Notes: a model not told the origin generated them from the sequence alone. Numbered from the stretch's first letter, positions 1 through 10,507 are shown. The stretch is DNA of 64,000 bases from Gammaproteobacteria bacterium (GCA_018815325.1 JAHIYE010000013.1:139704-203703), one strand, 5' to 3'. Numbers and translations: made by a program.

Positions 1-25
1 GATCCAGATGAACACGCCATCAACG

Positions 26-56
26 AAAAAACGGCTTGCACTTTCGCACAAGCCGT
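26..56 (-). terminator. Intrinsic terminator-like hairpin just 3' of the minus-strand tRNA end
   Basis: Stem cggcttg (32-38) pairs with caagccg (49-55). The A6 run at 26-31 on the + strand becomes a U-run after the stem when read on the - strand, directly downstream of the tRNA 3' end at 79. Confidence 0.5.
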
Positions 57-78
57 TTCTTGATTACCAAAATAATTT

Positions 79-128
79 TGGTGGGCAGTGCAAGTTTCGA
101 ACTTGCGACCCCTGCAGTGTGAATGCTG
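79..128 (-). other. 3' half of a tRNA (partial), putative island attachment-site repeat
   Basis: The reverse complement reads ...CAGCA-TTCACAC-TGCAG-GGGTC-GCAAG-TTCGAAA-CTTGC-ACTGCCC-A-CCA. This gives a canonical T-arm and loop, acceptor 3' strand, discriminator and CCA. The anticodon loop would give CAC (Val) and its stem has one mismatch. No D-arm and no GGGCAGT 5' acceptor strand follows (129-160), so it is a fragment and not a gene. Confidence 0.7.
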
Positions 129-235
129 GGTTTATGGACTTTACTGGACATTAAGTGCAGAGGTCTTCATTGGTAAATGATCCATTAGTGTCCTAAAATA
201 TTCAACAATGTTTAGGACACTTTTAGGACACTCCC

Positions 236-1414
236 ATGGCGCATCGCATTGACACCGTCGAAGGTCGCAACCGCCTCAAACCAAGAACCCCACCCTACTG
301 GCACAAGCTTGCAACCGGATGCCATATCGGTTTTCGCAGAATCAGCTCAGGATCAGAAGGTACATGGCTAGCGCAAGCGTATGACCCAAGCTCTAGCAAG
401 CAGACACGCCAAAGTCTTGGTGGATTGAGTGGGTACCCGGCACATCAACGCTTTAATGAGGCAAAAAAGAAGGCCGAGGCATGGTTTGAGCACCTTGAAC
501 GCGGTGGCTCCATAAAAGCTATCACTGTCGAGGAGGCTTGCGCGAACTACGTCAAAAGACTGAAGGAATCTGGCGCAGCCAAAAATTCTGCTGATCTGGA
601 GGCACGTTTTAAGCGTTGGGTGAACGATGACAAGATAGCAACTGTCAACCTGCAGAAACTCACCCGCAAGGCGGTGGATGAATGGCGTAACCGCCTGGCA
701 AATGCCCCCGTATTAACTAACCCGCATACTGACAAGACGAAGACAAGAACACGGTCACCCGCCGCCCTCAACCGTGACATGGCAGCACTGCGCGCAGCAC
801 TGAACAATGCACATGACCACGGAGATGTAACCAGCAATATGGCGTGGCGAGTCGCGTTAAGAGCAGTGGAAAACGCCGATGGGAGACGAGACACGTATCT
901 TGATCTTCAACAGCGCGCAACAATTATTTCAAAGGCGCCAGTCGATCTGGCTGCCCTCCTACGTGGCTTGTCTCTTGTTCCTCTGCGACCTGGCGCGTTG
1001 GCGTCCTTGACTGTTGCAAGCCTTAATATTCAGTTGGGAGTTCTCACTGTCGGGAAAGACAAGGCCGGTCGAGATCGAAAAATCAAACTCCCTTTAGAGA
1101 CTGCCAAGTTTTTTAAACTACAAGCAGAAAAAAAATTACCTGCTGCTGCATTGCTGACCCGTACTGACGGAAAAGCATGGGACAAAGACTCATGGAAAAA
1201 ACCAATCAAGACGGCAGCCTTAGCGGCCGAACTTTCTGAATCAGTCACTGCCTACACACTCCGTCACAGCGTCATCACTGACCTTGTCACCAACGGCCTT
1301 GATCTTCTGACTGTGGCCCAGCTAAGCGGTACAAGCGTCGCAATGATCGAGAAGCACTATGGCCACCACCGCTCTGATCTTGCGGAAAAAGCACTTGCAG
1401 CGCTTGCAATATGA
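236..1414 (+). CDS. int: Tyrosine recombinase / phage-type (P4-like) integrase
   Basis: 392 aa ORF. The C-terminal catalytic region carries AYTLRHSVITDLV and VAMIEKHYGH (R..HxxR..Y signature). The N-terminus resembles an arm-binding domain. It lies next to the tRNA fragment. Confidence 0.9.
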   Translation: MAHRIDTVEGRNRLKPRTPPYWHKLATGCHIGFRRISSGSEGTWLAQAYDPSSSKQTRQSLGGLSGYPAHQRFNEAKKKAEAWFEHLERGGSIKAITVEEACANYVKRLKESGAAKNSADLEARFKRWVNDDKIATVNLQKLTRKAVDEWRNRLANAPVLTNPHTDKTKTRTRSPAALNRDMAALRAALNNAHDHGDVTSNMAWRVALRAVENADGRRDTYLDLQQRATIISKAPVDLAALLRGLSLVPLRPGALASLTVASLNIQLGVLTVGKDKAGRDRKIKLPLETAKFFKLQAEKKLPAAALLTRTDGKAWDKDSWKKPIKTAALAAELSESVTAYTLRHSVITDLVTNGLDLLTVAQLSGTSVAMIEKHYGHHRSDLAEKALAALAI

Positions 1415-1506
1415 ATGTTGTTGCCGACGCCCCCCAGTGCCAGTTCTCTTACTGCCCGCGCAGGCAATCAGAATTCCCTGCTCATTGGAATGAATCGCCC
1501 CGGGAA

Positions 1507-1551
1507 TGAACTGACCCCCAGAAGTTGGACAAACTTCTGGGGGTCAGTTCA
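1507..1551 (+). repeat. Perfect 20-bp inverted repeat (hairpin) in the IS3 leader
   Basis: tgaactgacccccagaagtt (1507-1526), loop ggaca, then aacttctgggggtcagttca (1532-1551). It lies between the left IR and the orfA start. Confidence 0.9.
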
Positions 1552-1588
1552 GAATTGAGGAGGCTCCAACCTTTGAGAAGATGTAGCC

Positions 1589-1912
1589 ATGAAGAAATCA
1601 AACAAGTTTTCACCCGAGGTGCGCGAACGTGCTGTGCGCCTTGTGCTCGAACACCGCGGGGAATATCCCTCGTTATGGGCACCCATTGAATCCATAGCGC
1701 CCAAGATCGGATGTGTTCCCCAAACATTGAATGAATGGGTGCGCAAGCATGAAGTTGATGCTGGTGCCCGCCCAGGCGTCACCAGCGACGATCGCGAACG
1801 GGTTAAAGCCCTTGAACGTGAAGTCAAGAAACTGCGCCGGGCCAATGAAATCCTGAAACTGGCCAGCGCGTTTTTCGCCCAGGCGGAGCTCGACCGCCGA
1901 CTCAAGTCTTGA
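1589..1912 (+). CDS. IS3-family transposase OrfA (HTH)
   Basis: 107 aa with [19 protein letters not shown]... and a leucine-zipper-like C-terminus. Its stop overlaps the orfB frame. Confidence 0.85.
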   Translation: MKKSNKFSPEVRERAVRLVLEHRGEYPSLWAPIESIAPKIGCVPQTLNEWVRKHEVDAGARPGVTSDDRERVKALEREVKKLRRANEILKLASAFFAQAELDRRLKS

Positions 1913-2517
1913 AGGACTTTGTGGACAAGCATCGCCACATCCACGGGGTCGAGCCCATCTGCGAGGTCTTGCAGATTGCCCCGTCAGGCTACCGGCGTCA
2001 TGCCGCCCGGCAACGCAACCCAGAGCTGCGTTGTGTGCGTGCCAAGCAGGATGACGCCTTGCTGCCTTTGATCCATCAAGTCTGGCAATCCAACATGCAG
2101 GTCTACGGCGCGGACAAGGTCTGGCACCAGTTGAACCGGGAGGGCGTTGCCGTGGCCCGCTGCACGGTGGAGCGGCTCATGCGGCGGTCGGGCTTGAAGG
2201 TCGTCAGGCGTGGCAAGGTTGTGCGCACCGCCATTGGGGATGCGAAGGCTGCTTGCCCACTGGACCGGGTGAATCGGCAATTCAAAGCGGTCCGTCCCAA
2301 CCAGCTGTGGGTATCGGACTTCACCTATGTCTCGACCTGGCAGGGCTGGCAATACGTGGCCTTTGTGATTGATGTCTATGCCCGCCGCATTGTGGGCTGG
2401 CGGCAAAGCAGTTCCATGCGGACGGACTTCGTACTTGATGCGCTGGAGCAAGCTTTGTATGACCGGCAACCGCAACGCGACGATGCCGTGATTCACCACA
2501 GCGACCGGGGCTCGCAG
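1909..2517 (+). pseudogene. IS3-family transposase OrfB, 5' part (interrupted)
   Basis: The frame runs to ...HHSDRGSQ and is then broken by the IS30-type insertion at 2518. The ORF-track tail after 2517 is read-through into the inserted element. Confidence 0.85.
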
Positions 2518-3960
2518 GGCAGATTCAACCGGTCGTCGCAACACTGGCTTGTTGACTGGATTTTAGATATTTATTTAAGGCTTCGGCTGGTGTCATCCAG
2601 CCGAGTGTTTTTCGGGGCCTGGTGTTCAGCGCATTGGCGACGGCGTGGATCTCCGGGGCGCTCCATCGGGACAGGTCGGTACCCTTGGGGAAGTATTGCC
2701 GTAGAAGGCCATTCTTGTTATCGTTCGTGCCGCGCTGCCATGGGCTGCGGGGGTCGGCGAAGAAGACTTTCACTCCGGACTCAATCGTGAATCGGGCATG
2801 GTCGGATAGCCCCTTGCCTCGGTCCCAAGTCAACGATTGCTTCAGATGGGCCGGTAGGGTCGTTACGGTCTTTTTGAGCGCATTGGCCATGGTCACGGCC
2901 CCATAGCCTCCCAGCGCGGGGCCATTCCTCGTTCGGGGAATCAGTCCATAACCGTTCTCGCGAGGGAGGTGCACGAGCATTGTGAACCGGCTTGATCGCT
3001 CGACCAGCGTGCCGATCGCGGAGCGGTTCAAGCCAATTATCAGATCACCCTCCCAATGTCCGGGAACGGCACGATCTTCCGCCTCTGCGGGGCGACTGGA
3101 GATCATCACATCCTCGCTGACATGTGCCCATGCCTTGGCCTGTGCCCTGCCTCGAGGTACGCGCAACGCCCGTCCGGTGCGCAGGCAGTGCACCAGCTCG
3201 CGCACCACGACCCTGAATGTAGAGGGCCTGGTAGATGGCTTCGTGAGAGATAAGCATGGAATTGTCATCCGGGAAGTCAACGCGCAGCCGGTAGGCAATC
3301 TGTTCGGGCGACCAGCCATTGACCCATTTTCGGTCACCTCGATGAGGTTTGTTGCGACCCTGGAACGGTGCCTGTCGAGGGCCGACAACCTCACGGCCAC
3401 CGGCATCATGAACCTTGCCTTCTAAGCGGTCTTGGACGTAGTGGTGCAGTCGCGGGTTAGTCACCAGTTTCGCCGGCTTCGGCCTTCTGGCAACCAGCTC
3501 TGCCTTCCACTGCGCAACAGATGCCCGATACTCGAGCTTGCCTCCACGAGTTGCGGCGTTGCGTGTCAGCTCTCGTGAGACCGTAGAAGGGCTTCGCCCA
3601 ATGCGGCGCGCGATCTCCCGTACACCAACGTCTTGGGCTCGCAGCAGTCCAATTTCTTCTCGCTCCGCGAACGACAAATATCTTCCGGACACAGGTTTCG
3701 ACATAAACAATGGCATGCCGCCACGATGCCGGAACCAACGAGTGCCTACCGCCTGCGACACGCCGACCACTTCGGCCGCCCTCTCGCTCGTCATCCCGGT
3801 CGCAATCTGCTCCCAGAACTGTCGCTCCACTTCTTGCCGAAGCGACGGCGCACCCGGCGACCGCATCGCTCCTCGCCCAGTCAACTTCTGCATCCACCCT
3901 GCGGGTCGCCCCATAAACACCTCCATGATTAAGGTGTTGCGACGACCGGTTGAATCCGCC
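2518..3960 (-). mobile_element. IS30-family insertion sequence nested inside IS3 orfB
   Basis: 27-bp terminal inverted repeats ggcagattcaaccggtcgtcgcaacac (2518-2544) and the reverse complement of 3934-3960 match at 26 of 27. A 3-bp direct repeat CAG flanks the element at 2515-2517 and 3961-3963. Removing the element restores DRGSQ|YVSIRY of the IS3 transposase. Confidence 0.9.
2525..3926 (-). pseudogene. IS30-family transposase with an apparent frameshift near 3200
   Basis: The N-terminal frame (3926 down to about 3200) carries WSPEQIA and ISHEAIYQALYIQGRGA. The C-terminal frame (about 3200 down to 2525) carries RELVHCLRTGRALRVP, GHWEGDLI, TWDRGKG and ADPRSPWQRGTNDN. These are two overlapping ORFs in different frames. 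Confidence 0.8.
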
Positions 3961-4236
3961 CAGTACGTCTCGATCCGCTACAGCGAACGGCTGGCTGAAG
4001 CAGGCATCGAACCTTCCGTCGGCAGCAAAGGTGACAGCTATTACAACGCCTTGGCGGAAACGATTAACGGCCTGTACAAGGCCGAATTGATCCACCGCAG
4101 AGCCCCCTGGAAGACCAAGGAGTCGTTGGAGTTGGCAACGCTGGAATGGGTGTCATGGTTTAACCACCACCGACTGCTGGAGCCCATCGGCTACATTCCC
4201 CCTGCCGAAGCTGAAGAAAATTACTATCGGCAATGA
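3961..4236 (+). pseudogene. IS3-family transposase OrfB, 3' part
   Basis: YVSIRYSERLAEAGIEPSVGSKGDSYYNALAETINGLYKAELI... continues the DDE domain that is interrupted at 2517. Confidence 0.85.
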
Positions 4237-4352
4237 ACCAGTCAGACAGGCATGTCGGCCTGACTTAACCCAATGGGCCTCCACGAAACCCGGGGCAATT
4301 CAGTTGTCCTCTATTCGGCCGAATCATCATCACTTGCAGACTGATTTGCGGA

Positions 4353-5354
4353 CTACCTGATCACCGCAATTTGGTGCCCCTCACCGCCCGGAAGCGTTAT
4401 CGTGTCCGTAACCGTGAATGTCTTCTGATCAATGACCCATATCTTGGGTGCCTTGCTGCTGGAGACATACACTTTTCCGGTTCCAGGAATTTTGTCGAGG
4501 TGGTAAGGCTCTGGCGAAAGGGTCAGGACACGCTGATCGCTGCTTACCGTGTCCAACGCAACGAGTTTGTTGTCCGTCCGGCTGCTGACAAACAGAGTCT
4601 TTCCGTCATCGCCCAGATCAAGGCCATGTACACGCTTTCCAATCTTGTGGCTGCGCACCATCTTGCCGCTTTGTACAGAAGCTTCTGTCACCGTGCCGGC
4701 ACGGTCATTGGCCACATAAATCATTTTTTCGTCAGCAGAAAAAACCAGATGCTCCGGTGAGGGCCCCGCTTCAAGTGAGCGCAGCACCTCCAGTTTGGAA
4801 AGGTCGATCTCGCTGATCGTTCCATTGCCTGTATTGCTCACATAGGCATACTTTCCATCTCTCGTGACGAGGGTGTAATTGGGTGAGGGACCGGTTTTGA
4901 TGGTCTTGACCACTTTGTTGTTGATCAGATCGACGATGCTGATGCCGCCACGGGTTGGATGGGTGGAAATCACGTACCGACTGTCCGGGGTAATCGCTTC
5001 ATGGTGCGTCCATCCCGAGACGGGAATTTCGGCCATGACATGGCCGTGCACCGGATGAATGACATACAACTTGCTGTTTGGTGTATCTGCAGGTGCACCT
5101 GCAGGCACTGGCGTCTCACTCAGACTCCCGGCCACCAGATACTCCCCGTCGGGGGTCGCAACCAGTCCATGCGGATTCACGACGCCGGTGAATGTGCGAA
5201 TAATTTTATTAGTGGCTGCATCAACGGCGATCACGACATTGGCGGACCCCAGTGGAATGTAGGCCGTCGGCTCAGCATGCACCCAAGATGCAGCCAAAAA
5301 AGCGCTTAATCCCCAAACCCATTTTTTGAATTGACTCATTTGCTTTTTCTCCAT
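4353..5354 (-). CDS. Secreted YVTN-family beta-propeller repeat protein
   Basis: 333 aa with a signal peptide (..FLAASWVHA). About 40-residue repeats recur, such as YVSNTGNGTISEIDL, YVANDRAGTVTE and FVSSRTDNKLVALD. Confidence 0.75.
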   Translation of the reverse strand: MEKKQMSQFKKWVWGLSAFLAASWVHAEPTAYIPLGSANVVIAVDAATNKIIRTFTGVVNPHGLVATPDGEYLVAGSLSETPVPAGAPADTPNSKLYVIHPVHGHVMAEIPVSGWTHHEAITPDSRYVISTHPTRGGISIVDLINNKVVKTIKTGPSPNYTLVTRDGKYAYVSNTGNGTISEIDLSKLEVLRSLEAGPSPEHLVFSADEKMIYVANDRAGTVTEASVQSGKMVRSHKIGKRVHGLDLGDDGKTLFVSSRTDNKLVALDTVSSDQRVLTLSPEPYHLDKIPGTGKVYVSSSKAPKIWVIDQKTFTVTDTITLPGGEGHQIAVIR

Positions 5355-5914
5355 ATGTAAGTAAGAGCTTCAATCAACACGCAAGTTCCAGGTGTCTAGT
5401 CCATTTGTTGACATACATCAAATACACGCACTAAAGCAGTACTGACTCGTCCGACAACTTTTTTCTGCAGGAATGCACGTTGAACTTGCCAGCGTGAAGT
5501 CAGCAGATGCCGGGTGAAGCGTCGAATATCTATCACTACCCCCGCCCTGAGGTGCCCCCACCGAAGCCGCCGCCACCGCCTCGCCTGCACAGGCAGCAAG
5601 GCCAGGCCAGCAGACAGCACAGGCCGGCCCACATGCTGACGATTTAGTGTCTGTCCCGACTGCCTCCTATGGTGCCTGTCGCAGTACTTTTTCCTATTTT
5701 TAACGTCACGGCCAAAGTCAACTTTGGGTGTCGTAGCAATGGTTTTTTCGTCGAAAACACGGAAGTTGGGTTCGACCGAGTAGCCAAACACCATTTCAGT
5801 CAGTTCGCTCGGGAATGTTGTAGTCCTATACAGCCTTGATTTAGCGATTACGTGTCACAGTTATGCGGCTCTCGGTTCCGAAAAGTGCCATGATTTTCGC
5901 GTACCAAGTTATCC

Positions 5915-5938
5915 GTTGCGGTTGCGGTTGCGGTTGCG
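5915..5938. repeat. Hexanucleotide tandem repeat (GTTGCG)x4
   Basis: Four perfect adjacent copies of gttgcg, downstream of the cytochrome c gene. Confidence 0.9.
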
Positions 5939-5969
5939 TCACGCAGCTTCGCAGTATTTCATTTCACCG

Positions 5970-6437
5970 TCACATCTGGTGCCGCTGGTAAACAATGCCG
6001 TTTGCCTCCTGCAGCTCCCGCACGTAGCGGACAATTTCCGTCAACTCGCCGTCTGTCACATCGGGCTGAGGCGGCATGTCACCGTATGGCCAATGATGCT
6101 GGCGAACGCCCTGTCGCGCAGCTCGAATGAAGGCTTCATCCGGGTGATGGCCCGGGTTGTATATCTCATGCATGAACGGAGGTCCCTTCTCAGTCCCATC
6201 GCCATACTTGCCGTGGCATTTGGCGCAGTTGGCGTCAAATGCCACTTTGCCGGCGGCTGCCATCCTTGAAAATTCAGGCACTTTGATGACAACAGTCCTC
6301 TCGCCGCCACTTATGGCACTTGTGGCACTTGTGGCCATGTATACCCATGCAAAAATTGCGATGGCTCCAACTAAGACAGCGGCTATTGTGGATTTAGGGA
6401 TTTGATGAAAATGCTTCAAAAAATGTTTTCTGGTCAT
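5970..6437 (-). CDS. Membrane-anchored c-type cytochrome
   Basis: 155 aa with an N-terminal TM helix and a single CxxCH motif (CAKCHG). Confidence 0.8.
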   Translation of the reverse strand: MTRKHFLKHFHQIPKSTIAAVLVGAIAIFAWVYMATSATSAISGGERTVVIKVPEFSRMAAAGKVAFDANCAKCHGKYGDGTEKGPPFMHEIYNPGHHPDEAFIRAARQGVRQHHWPYGDMPPQPDVTDGELTEIVRYVRELQEANGIVYQRHQM

Positions 6438-6504
6438 AAATTCTCAAGTTGCAGGATTAAAAACTCTTGCCTCTCTGCAGCAGTCCAGTTCCCGCTCCTT
6501 CTCT

Positions 6505-7401
6505 TCATTCGGTTTCATTTAAAAACTCACGCACACTAGTAGCAATGGCAGGCGAAATAGCAATTTGATTCGAGAAATGGACAATAGTGTCACAGCTGAC
6601 AATTTTTGCTGCACCAGCGGCCCGAAGATCATCAAAGGCTGTCTGAGAAAACACAGCATGTACGGCAATGCAAACTGGGTTGGAAAGCCCGATCCGTCGA
6701 AGATGTCCTAGCGTCTCGATCATTGTTCGAGCTGTCGAGATAATGTCATCAATTAAAATCGGTGTGTGATCCCGCCATAGTTCAAAATCAGGCATCGAAA
6801 CTTCAACATCTCGGTCGCCCCGACGTTTTTTTTCCAGTACGACGAAAGGCACTCCCGCCCTGCGAGCGACATCTTCTACCCACTGGGAACTTTCTTCATC
6901 TGGGCCAATCAGGAGAGGTTGAGTCACATGTGACTGCACCCACCGCGCGAGACCATCAGCCGCATGCACTACTTGCGTCTGAATGCTGTAGACCTGTGAC
7001 AGTTCGGAAATTCGATGCAGATGCGGATCGACGGTTACAAGCCAGTCAAAGCGCGCGGATATCCACTCCGCGAAATGCTGCGCGCTGATCGTCTCGCCTG
7101 GATGAAAGCGTCTGTCCTGTCGCATATAAGCAAGGTAGGGGGCCACCAGCCCTACCTTACAAGCACCCGCTTCGCGCACGGCACAGGCCAGCAACAACAG
7201 GGGAACAAACTTCTCATCAGGTCTATCAAGCGTACAGACTATCAGAGCTTGTCTCCCATCAATATTAGCTTCAACCCGAACAAGCGACTCCTCATCAGGA
7301 AAGCGTCGTACCGTCACAGATATTCGTTCCAAAGCAAGGTTCGCGGCCAGTTCATCAGCAAGTTTTTCATTGCCAGGCATTGCGATCACTATCGACTTCA
7401 T
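6505..7401 (-). CDS. Ribose-phosphate pyrophosphokinase (PRPP synthetase) family protein
   Basis: 298 aa with Prs-like layout ([15 protein letters not shown]-binding loop [13 protein letters not shown]). Its start overlaps the upstream stop by 4 nt. Confidence 0.75.
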   Translation of the reverse strand: MKSIVIAMPGNEKLADELAANLALERISVTVRRFPDEESLVRVEANIDGRQALIVCTLDRPDEKFVPLLLLACAVREAGACKVGLVAPYLAYMRQDRRFHPGETISAQHFAEWISARFDWLVTVDPHLHRISELSQVYSIQTQVVHAADGLARWVQSHVTQPLLIGPDEESSQWVEDVARRAGVPFVVLEKKRRGDRDVEVSMPDFELWRDHTPILIDDIISTARTMIETLGHLRRIGLSNPVCIAVHAVFSQTAFDDLRAAGAAKIVSCDTIVHFSNQIAISPAIATSVREFLNETE

Positions 7402-8906
7402 GTCGCCACCGCCTCTCCTAGAGTTACGAACGGATGAGTCGCAAGGTAGTGTTTTGCATATGCCAGTTCACCTGTAGTTTCAGCATGGAGTGTGAACAAA
7501 GGGCTCCCACGCTGCACGCTATCTCCCAACTTCACATGCAACTGAAGTCCTGCAGTCAAGGCTCCCGGCGCACCAACCAGCTTAGCAACGCGCGCGAGCC
7601 GACGGCTGTCAATGTCTGAGACAAAGCCACTGTGTTCTGTTATCACTGGCTCGCGTATGGGGGCAATACCGGGTACGCGCATGCCACCTTGTGCCTCGCA
7701 TATCGATTGAAATTTTTCCCATGCGATACCACTGTCGAGCAAACGCGTGGCCTCTGAACGACCTTTGCCAGGTATGCTGTGGCCGCAAAATTCCAGCAGT
7801 TCTCCAGCCAGTACAAGAGAGCGCATGCGCAGGTCAACTGGAGCTGCTGCTGCGCCACGTAGAACAGCCAGGACATCGTGCGCCTCTAATGCAGGACCGA
7901 TACCCCGACCGACAGGCTGCGAACCACGCGTACGAAGCACTCGCAATTTCAGGCCATTCGCCTGCGCCACTTGTTCCAGCAGGTTCTGCAAACGATGCGC
8001 ATCTTCTTCGCTGCGCACTTTGGCGGTCGGGCCGACCGGGATGTCGATAACCGCATGGGTTGCCCCAGCCGCGATCTTCTTCGACAGCACGGAGGCAACC
8101 AACTGGGCATCGCTGTCAAGATCCAGCGGGCGCTCAACGCGAATCAGCACATCATCGGCCGGGCTCAGAGGCATCGCCCCGCCCCAGACAAAGCATCCCC
8201 CTTCTCGATCTACGACTCGACGCATCGCCGGCACGTCAAGATCAACTCGTGTTAGCGTCTCCATCACGTCGGCCGTTCCCGCTGGCGAAGTGATTGCACG
8301 CGAAGATGTCTTGGGCATTATCAACCCTGCTGCGGCCACAATCGCGACCACAATCGGGGTTGTGCGGTTACCAGGCAGGCCACCTACACAATGCTTGTCG
8401 GCAACTGTCACACCCCCCCAGTCAATACGATCACCCACATCGACCATTGCCCGCGTCAGGTCAATCGTCTCTTCCAAACTCATGCGCCCGCCGGCACATG
8501 CACTCAGGAAGGCGGCGATGTGCAGGTCGGAATAGCGCCCCGAAGCCACATCGCCGATGATGGCATTGAAAGCTCGAGCGTCGAGTCGATGCCCGTAAAT
8601 TTTGGAACGCATTGCGCTAAGAGAGTCTAGCGTTGGCGCGTGTAACACCGTGATACGGTCGCCCTGTGCTGCGCCTAACGCCCTCCAGGCTCCGGTCGAC
8701 AGACTGGCCTCGCCAATAGCCAGTAGTTCTGAGTTCACCACATTGAGCGTCGCGATGATGCTCTGATCACCCAGGTTCACTGCCACGCGAGCCTGGGCCT
8801 CGAATCCTTCGGAGCGACACACGTGGCAATCTCGGCGCATGTAGATCACATGCTCGCGACGAGTATCTATACCCAACGCCCGCAGGCGAAGCTCGTGATC
8901 CTTCAT
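7398..8906 (-). CDS. Thymidine phosphorylase family protein (long, AMP-phosphorylase-like type)
   Basis: 502 aa with [25 protein letters not shown] and a C-terminal alpha/beta domain. An N-terminal extension is present, as in the roughly 500-aa putative thymidine/AMP phosphorylases. Confidence 0.75.
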   Translation of the reverse strand: MKDHELRLRALGIDTRREHVIYMRRDCHVCRSEGFEAQARVAVNLGDQSIIATLNVVNSELLAIGEASLSTGAWRALGAAQGDRITVLHAPTLDSLSAMRSKIYGHRLDARAFNAIIGDVASGRYSDLHIAAFLSACAGGRMSLEETIDLTRAMVDVGDRIDWGGVTVADKHCVGGLPGNRTTPIVVAIVAAAGLIMPKTSSRAITSPAGTADVMETLTRVDLDVPAMRRVVDREGGCFVWGGAMPLSPADDVLIRVERPLDLDSDAQLVASVLSKKIAAGATHAVIDIPVGPTAKVRSEEDAHRLQNLLEQVAQANGLKLRVLRTRGSQPVGRGIGPALEAHDVLAVLRGAAAAPVDLRMRSLVLAGELLEFCGHSIPGKGRSEATRLLDSGIAWEKFQSICEAQGGMRVPGIAPIREPVITEHSGFVSDIDSRRLARVAKLVGAPGALTAGLQLHVKLGDSVQRGSPLFTLHAETTGELAYAKHYLATHPFVTLGEAVAT

Positions 8907-10264
8907 GACGGGAGCTCAATCGTCTGCCCCAGGCGGGGAACCATTGCACTCCATCCGAGTTCCCGCTCAATCCGCTGCCGAAGTGCGTCTGCGGGGTCGG
9001 ACTCACCGTGGTTAATATAAACACCTCGAGGCGGTTGGGGTGAAGAGGCGAGCCACTCAATAATCTGCTGCGCATCAGCGTGAGCCGACATGCCATGCAG
9101 CATCATGACCTCAGCATTGACAGCGACATCCTGGCCGTGGATGCGTATGCTCCGTTCACCCGCGACCATGCGGGCACCACGCGTGCCTCCGGCTTGAAAT
9201 CCGGCGAAGATGATGGTATTTCGATGGTTCGGAGCCATTGTCTTGAGATGATGCAGCACCCGACCGCCGGTCGCCATGCCGCTAGCGGACACAATGATGG
9301 CCGGGTAGTTCAGACTATTCAAGGCCCGTGACTCATCGACCGTGCGAACCATCTTCGCGACATGGCACATGCCTTGACACTCCTCGATCGTGAGCCGGTG
9401 CTCAGTTCGATGACGGTGGTAGATCTCGGTCATATCAATCGCCATCGGACTGTTCAAAAACACCGGCAGATCAGGGATGGCGCCGCGAGATTTCAGACGC
9501 CAGATCGAGTAAAGCAATGCCTGCGCACGCCCTAGTGCAAAGGCAGGGATCACGACGATTCCACCACGTCGCGCCGTGCGCGTAATGGCGTCGCCCAGAA
9601 TCGACTCATTATCCTGTGGATCATGAAGCCGGTTTCCGTAGGTTGATTCAACCACGATATGGTCGGCACGTTCAATCGGTACAGGTTCCCGCATGAGCAA
9701 ATCATCTGGTCGTCCAAGATCTCCCGAAAAAAGAACGACCTTGTCTGCTACCGACAGCTCAATAGAACTGGCTCCGAGAATGTGTCCGGCGGGCCGCATG
9801 CGTACATGCCATTTCGTTGCCACCTCTGTTCTCTGATCAAAAGGTATCGGTCTAAAGCTATCCATTGCTTTCAAGGCATCATCTTCGGTATACAACGGCA
9901 ATGCCTTTTCATGCTTCGATATCTTGTGGCGGTTGTGGTATTCAGCATCCTCCTCTTGAATCCTTCCACTGTCTGGCAGCAGAATACGACAAACATCGAT
10001 AGTTGCCGCTGTGGCAAAAATCGGTCCTCGATAACCTTGTTTCACGAGTAATGGCACCGCGCCAGAATGATCAAGGTGTCCATGAGTCAACACTACGGCG
10101 TCGAGTTGTTTGGGGTCGAAGGGAAACGGTTCCCAATTCATCTGGCGCAAATTTTTGTAGCCTTGAAACAGGCCGCAATCAATAAGAACATTCTTGCCAT
10201 CATGAGTGACCAGTGTCTTGGAGCCTGTGACCGTTCCAGCAGCGCCGAGAAATGCAAGCTTCAT
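8903..10264 (-). CDS. MBL-fold metallo-hydrolase with beta-CASP / RNA-specificity domain
   Basis: 453 aa with the HGHLDHSG motif near the N-terminus. A beta-CASP-like middle region and C-terminal HGE.. motifs follow. Confidence 0.75.
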   Translation of the reverse strand: MKLAFLGAAGTVTGSKTLVTHDGKNVLIDCGLFQGYKNLRQMNWEPFPFDPKQLDAVVLTHGHLDHSGAVPLLVKQGYRGPIFATAATIDVCRILLPDSGRIQEEDAEYHNRHKISKHEKALPLYTEDDALKAMDSFRPIPFDQRTEVATKWHVRMRPAGHILGASSIELSVADKVVLFSGDLGRPDDLLMREPVPIERADHIVVESTYGNRLHDPQDNESILGDAITRTARRGGIVVIPAFALGRAQALLYSIWRLKSRGAIPDLPVFLNSPMAIDMTEIYHRHRTEHRLTIEECQGMCHVAKMVRTVDESRALNSLNYPAIIVSASGMATGGRVLHHLKTMAPNHRNTIIFAGFQAGGTRGARMVAGERSIRIHGQDVAVNAEVMMLHGMSAHADAQQIIEWLASSPQPPRGVYINHGESDPADALRQRIERELGWSAMVPRLGQTIELPS

Positions 10265-10506
10265 ATGAACCTTTCATCAAATGTAGGTGTTCTACACAGT
10301 AGCGATAATCGAAGTACGTAGTAGCTAAAATCCCAAAACCATTCTCCTTTAGTATGGGCAAGCACTTCAGACCGAGCTGGCTGAAGCTGCTTTCTTCTGA
10401 GCTGTAAAACCATGCGTATTAGCAGGGGTTCCTGCCGCCTTGCGGCGGATATTGAACCATCTTCATTGAAGATAAGGATCACGGCAGACTCCATATGCGT
10501 GCGCAA
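10261..10506 (-). CDS. Small hypothetical protein
   Basis: 81 aa ORF that fills the gap between phosphoketolase and the MBL gene. Its stop overlaps the MBL start as ATGA, and its start is 1 nt after the phosphoketolase stop. No recognisable motif. Confidence 0.45.
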   Translation of the reverse strand: MRTHMESAVILIFNEDGSISAARRQEPLLIRMVLQLRRKQLQPARSEVLAHTKGEWFWDFSYYVLRLSLLCRTPTFDERFI

Positions 10507-10507
10507 A

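Larger units (their letters stand above)
1491..4302 (+). mobile_element. IS3-family insertion sequence, disrupted by a nested IS
   Basis: Terminal inverted repeats are tgaatcgccccggg (1491-) and cccggggcaattca (-4302), 13 of 14 matching with TG..CA ends. orfA and orfB overlap in the usual IS3 arrangement. No target duplication is evident. Confidence 0.75.

Noticed and set aside
79-160. A complete tRNA gene on the minus strand
   Set aside because: Only the 3' half is present (anticodon stem-loop, variable loop, T-arm, acceptor 3' strand and CCA). The sequence at 129-160 has no D-arm and no GGGCAGT 5' acceptor strand.
3457-4236. ORFs of 212 and 232 aa spanning the IS30/IS3 junction
   Set aside because: They are chimeric reading frames created by the insertion. 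They read through the IS30 terminal repeat into the IS3 orfB 3' part.
5396-5794. 132-aa minus-strand ORF in the gap after the beta-propeller gene
   Set aside because: It is Arg-rich and low-complexity in its C-terminal half, with no motif and no ribosome-binding site. It is treated as non-coding, and only the overlapping 32-aa mini-ORF was kept as a weak observation.
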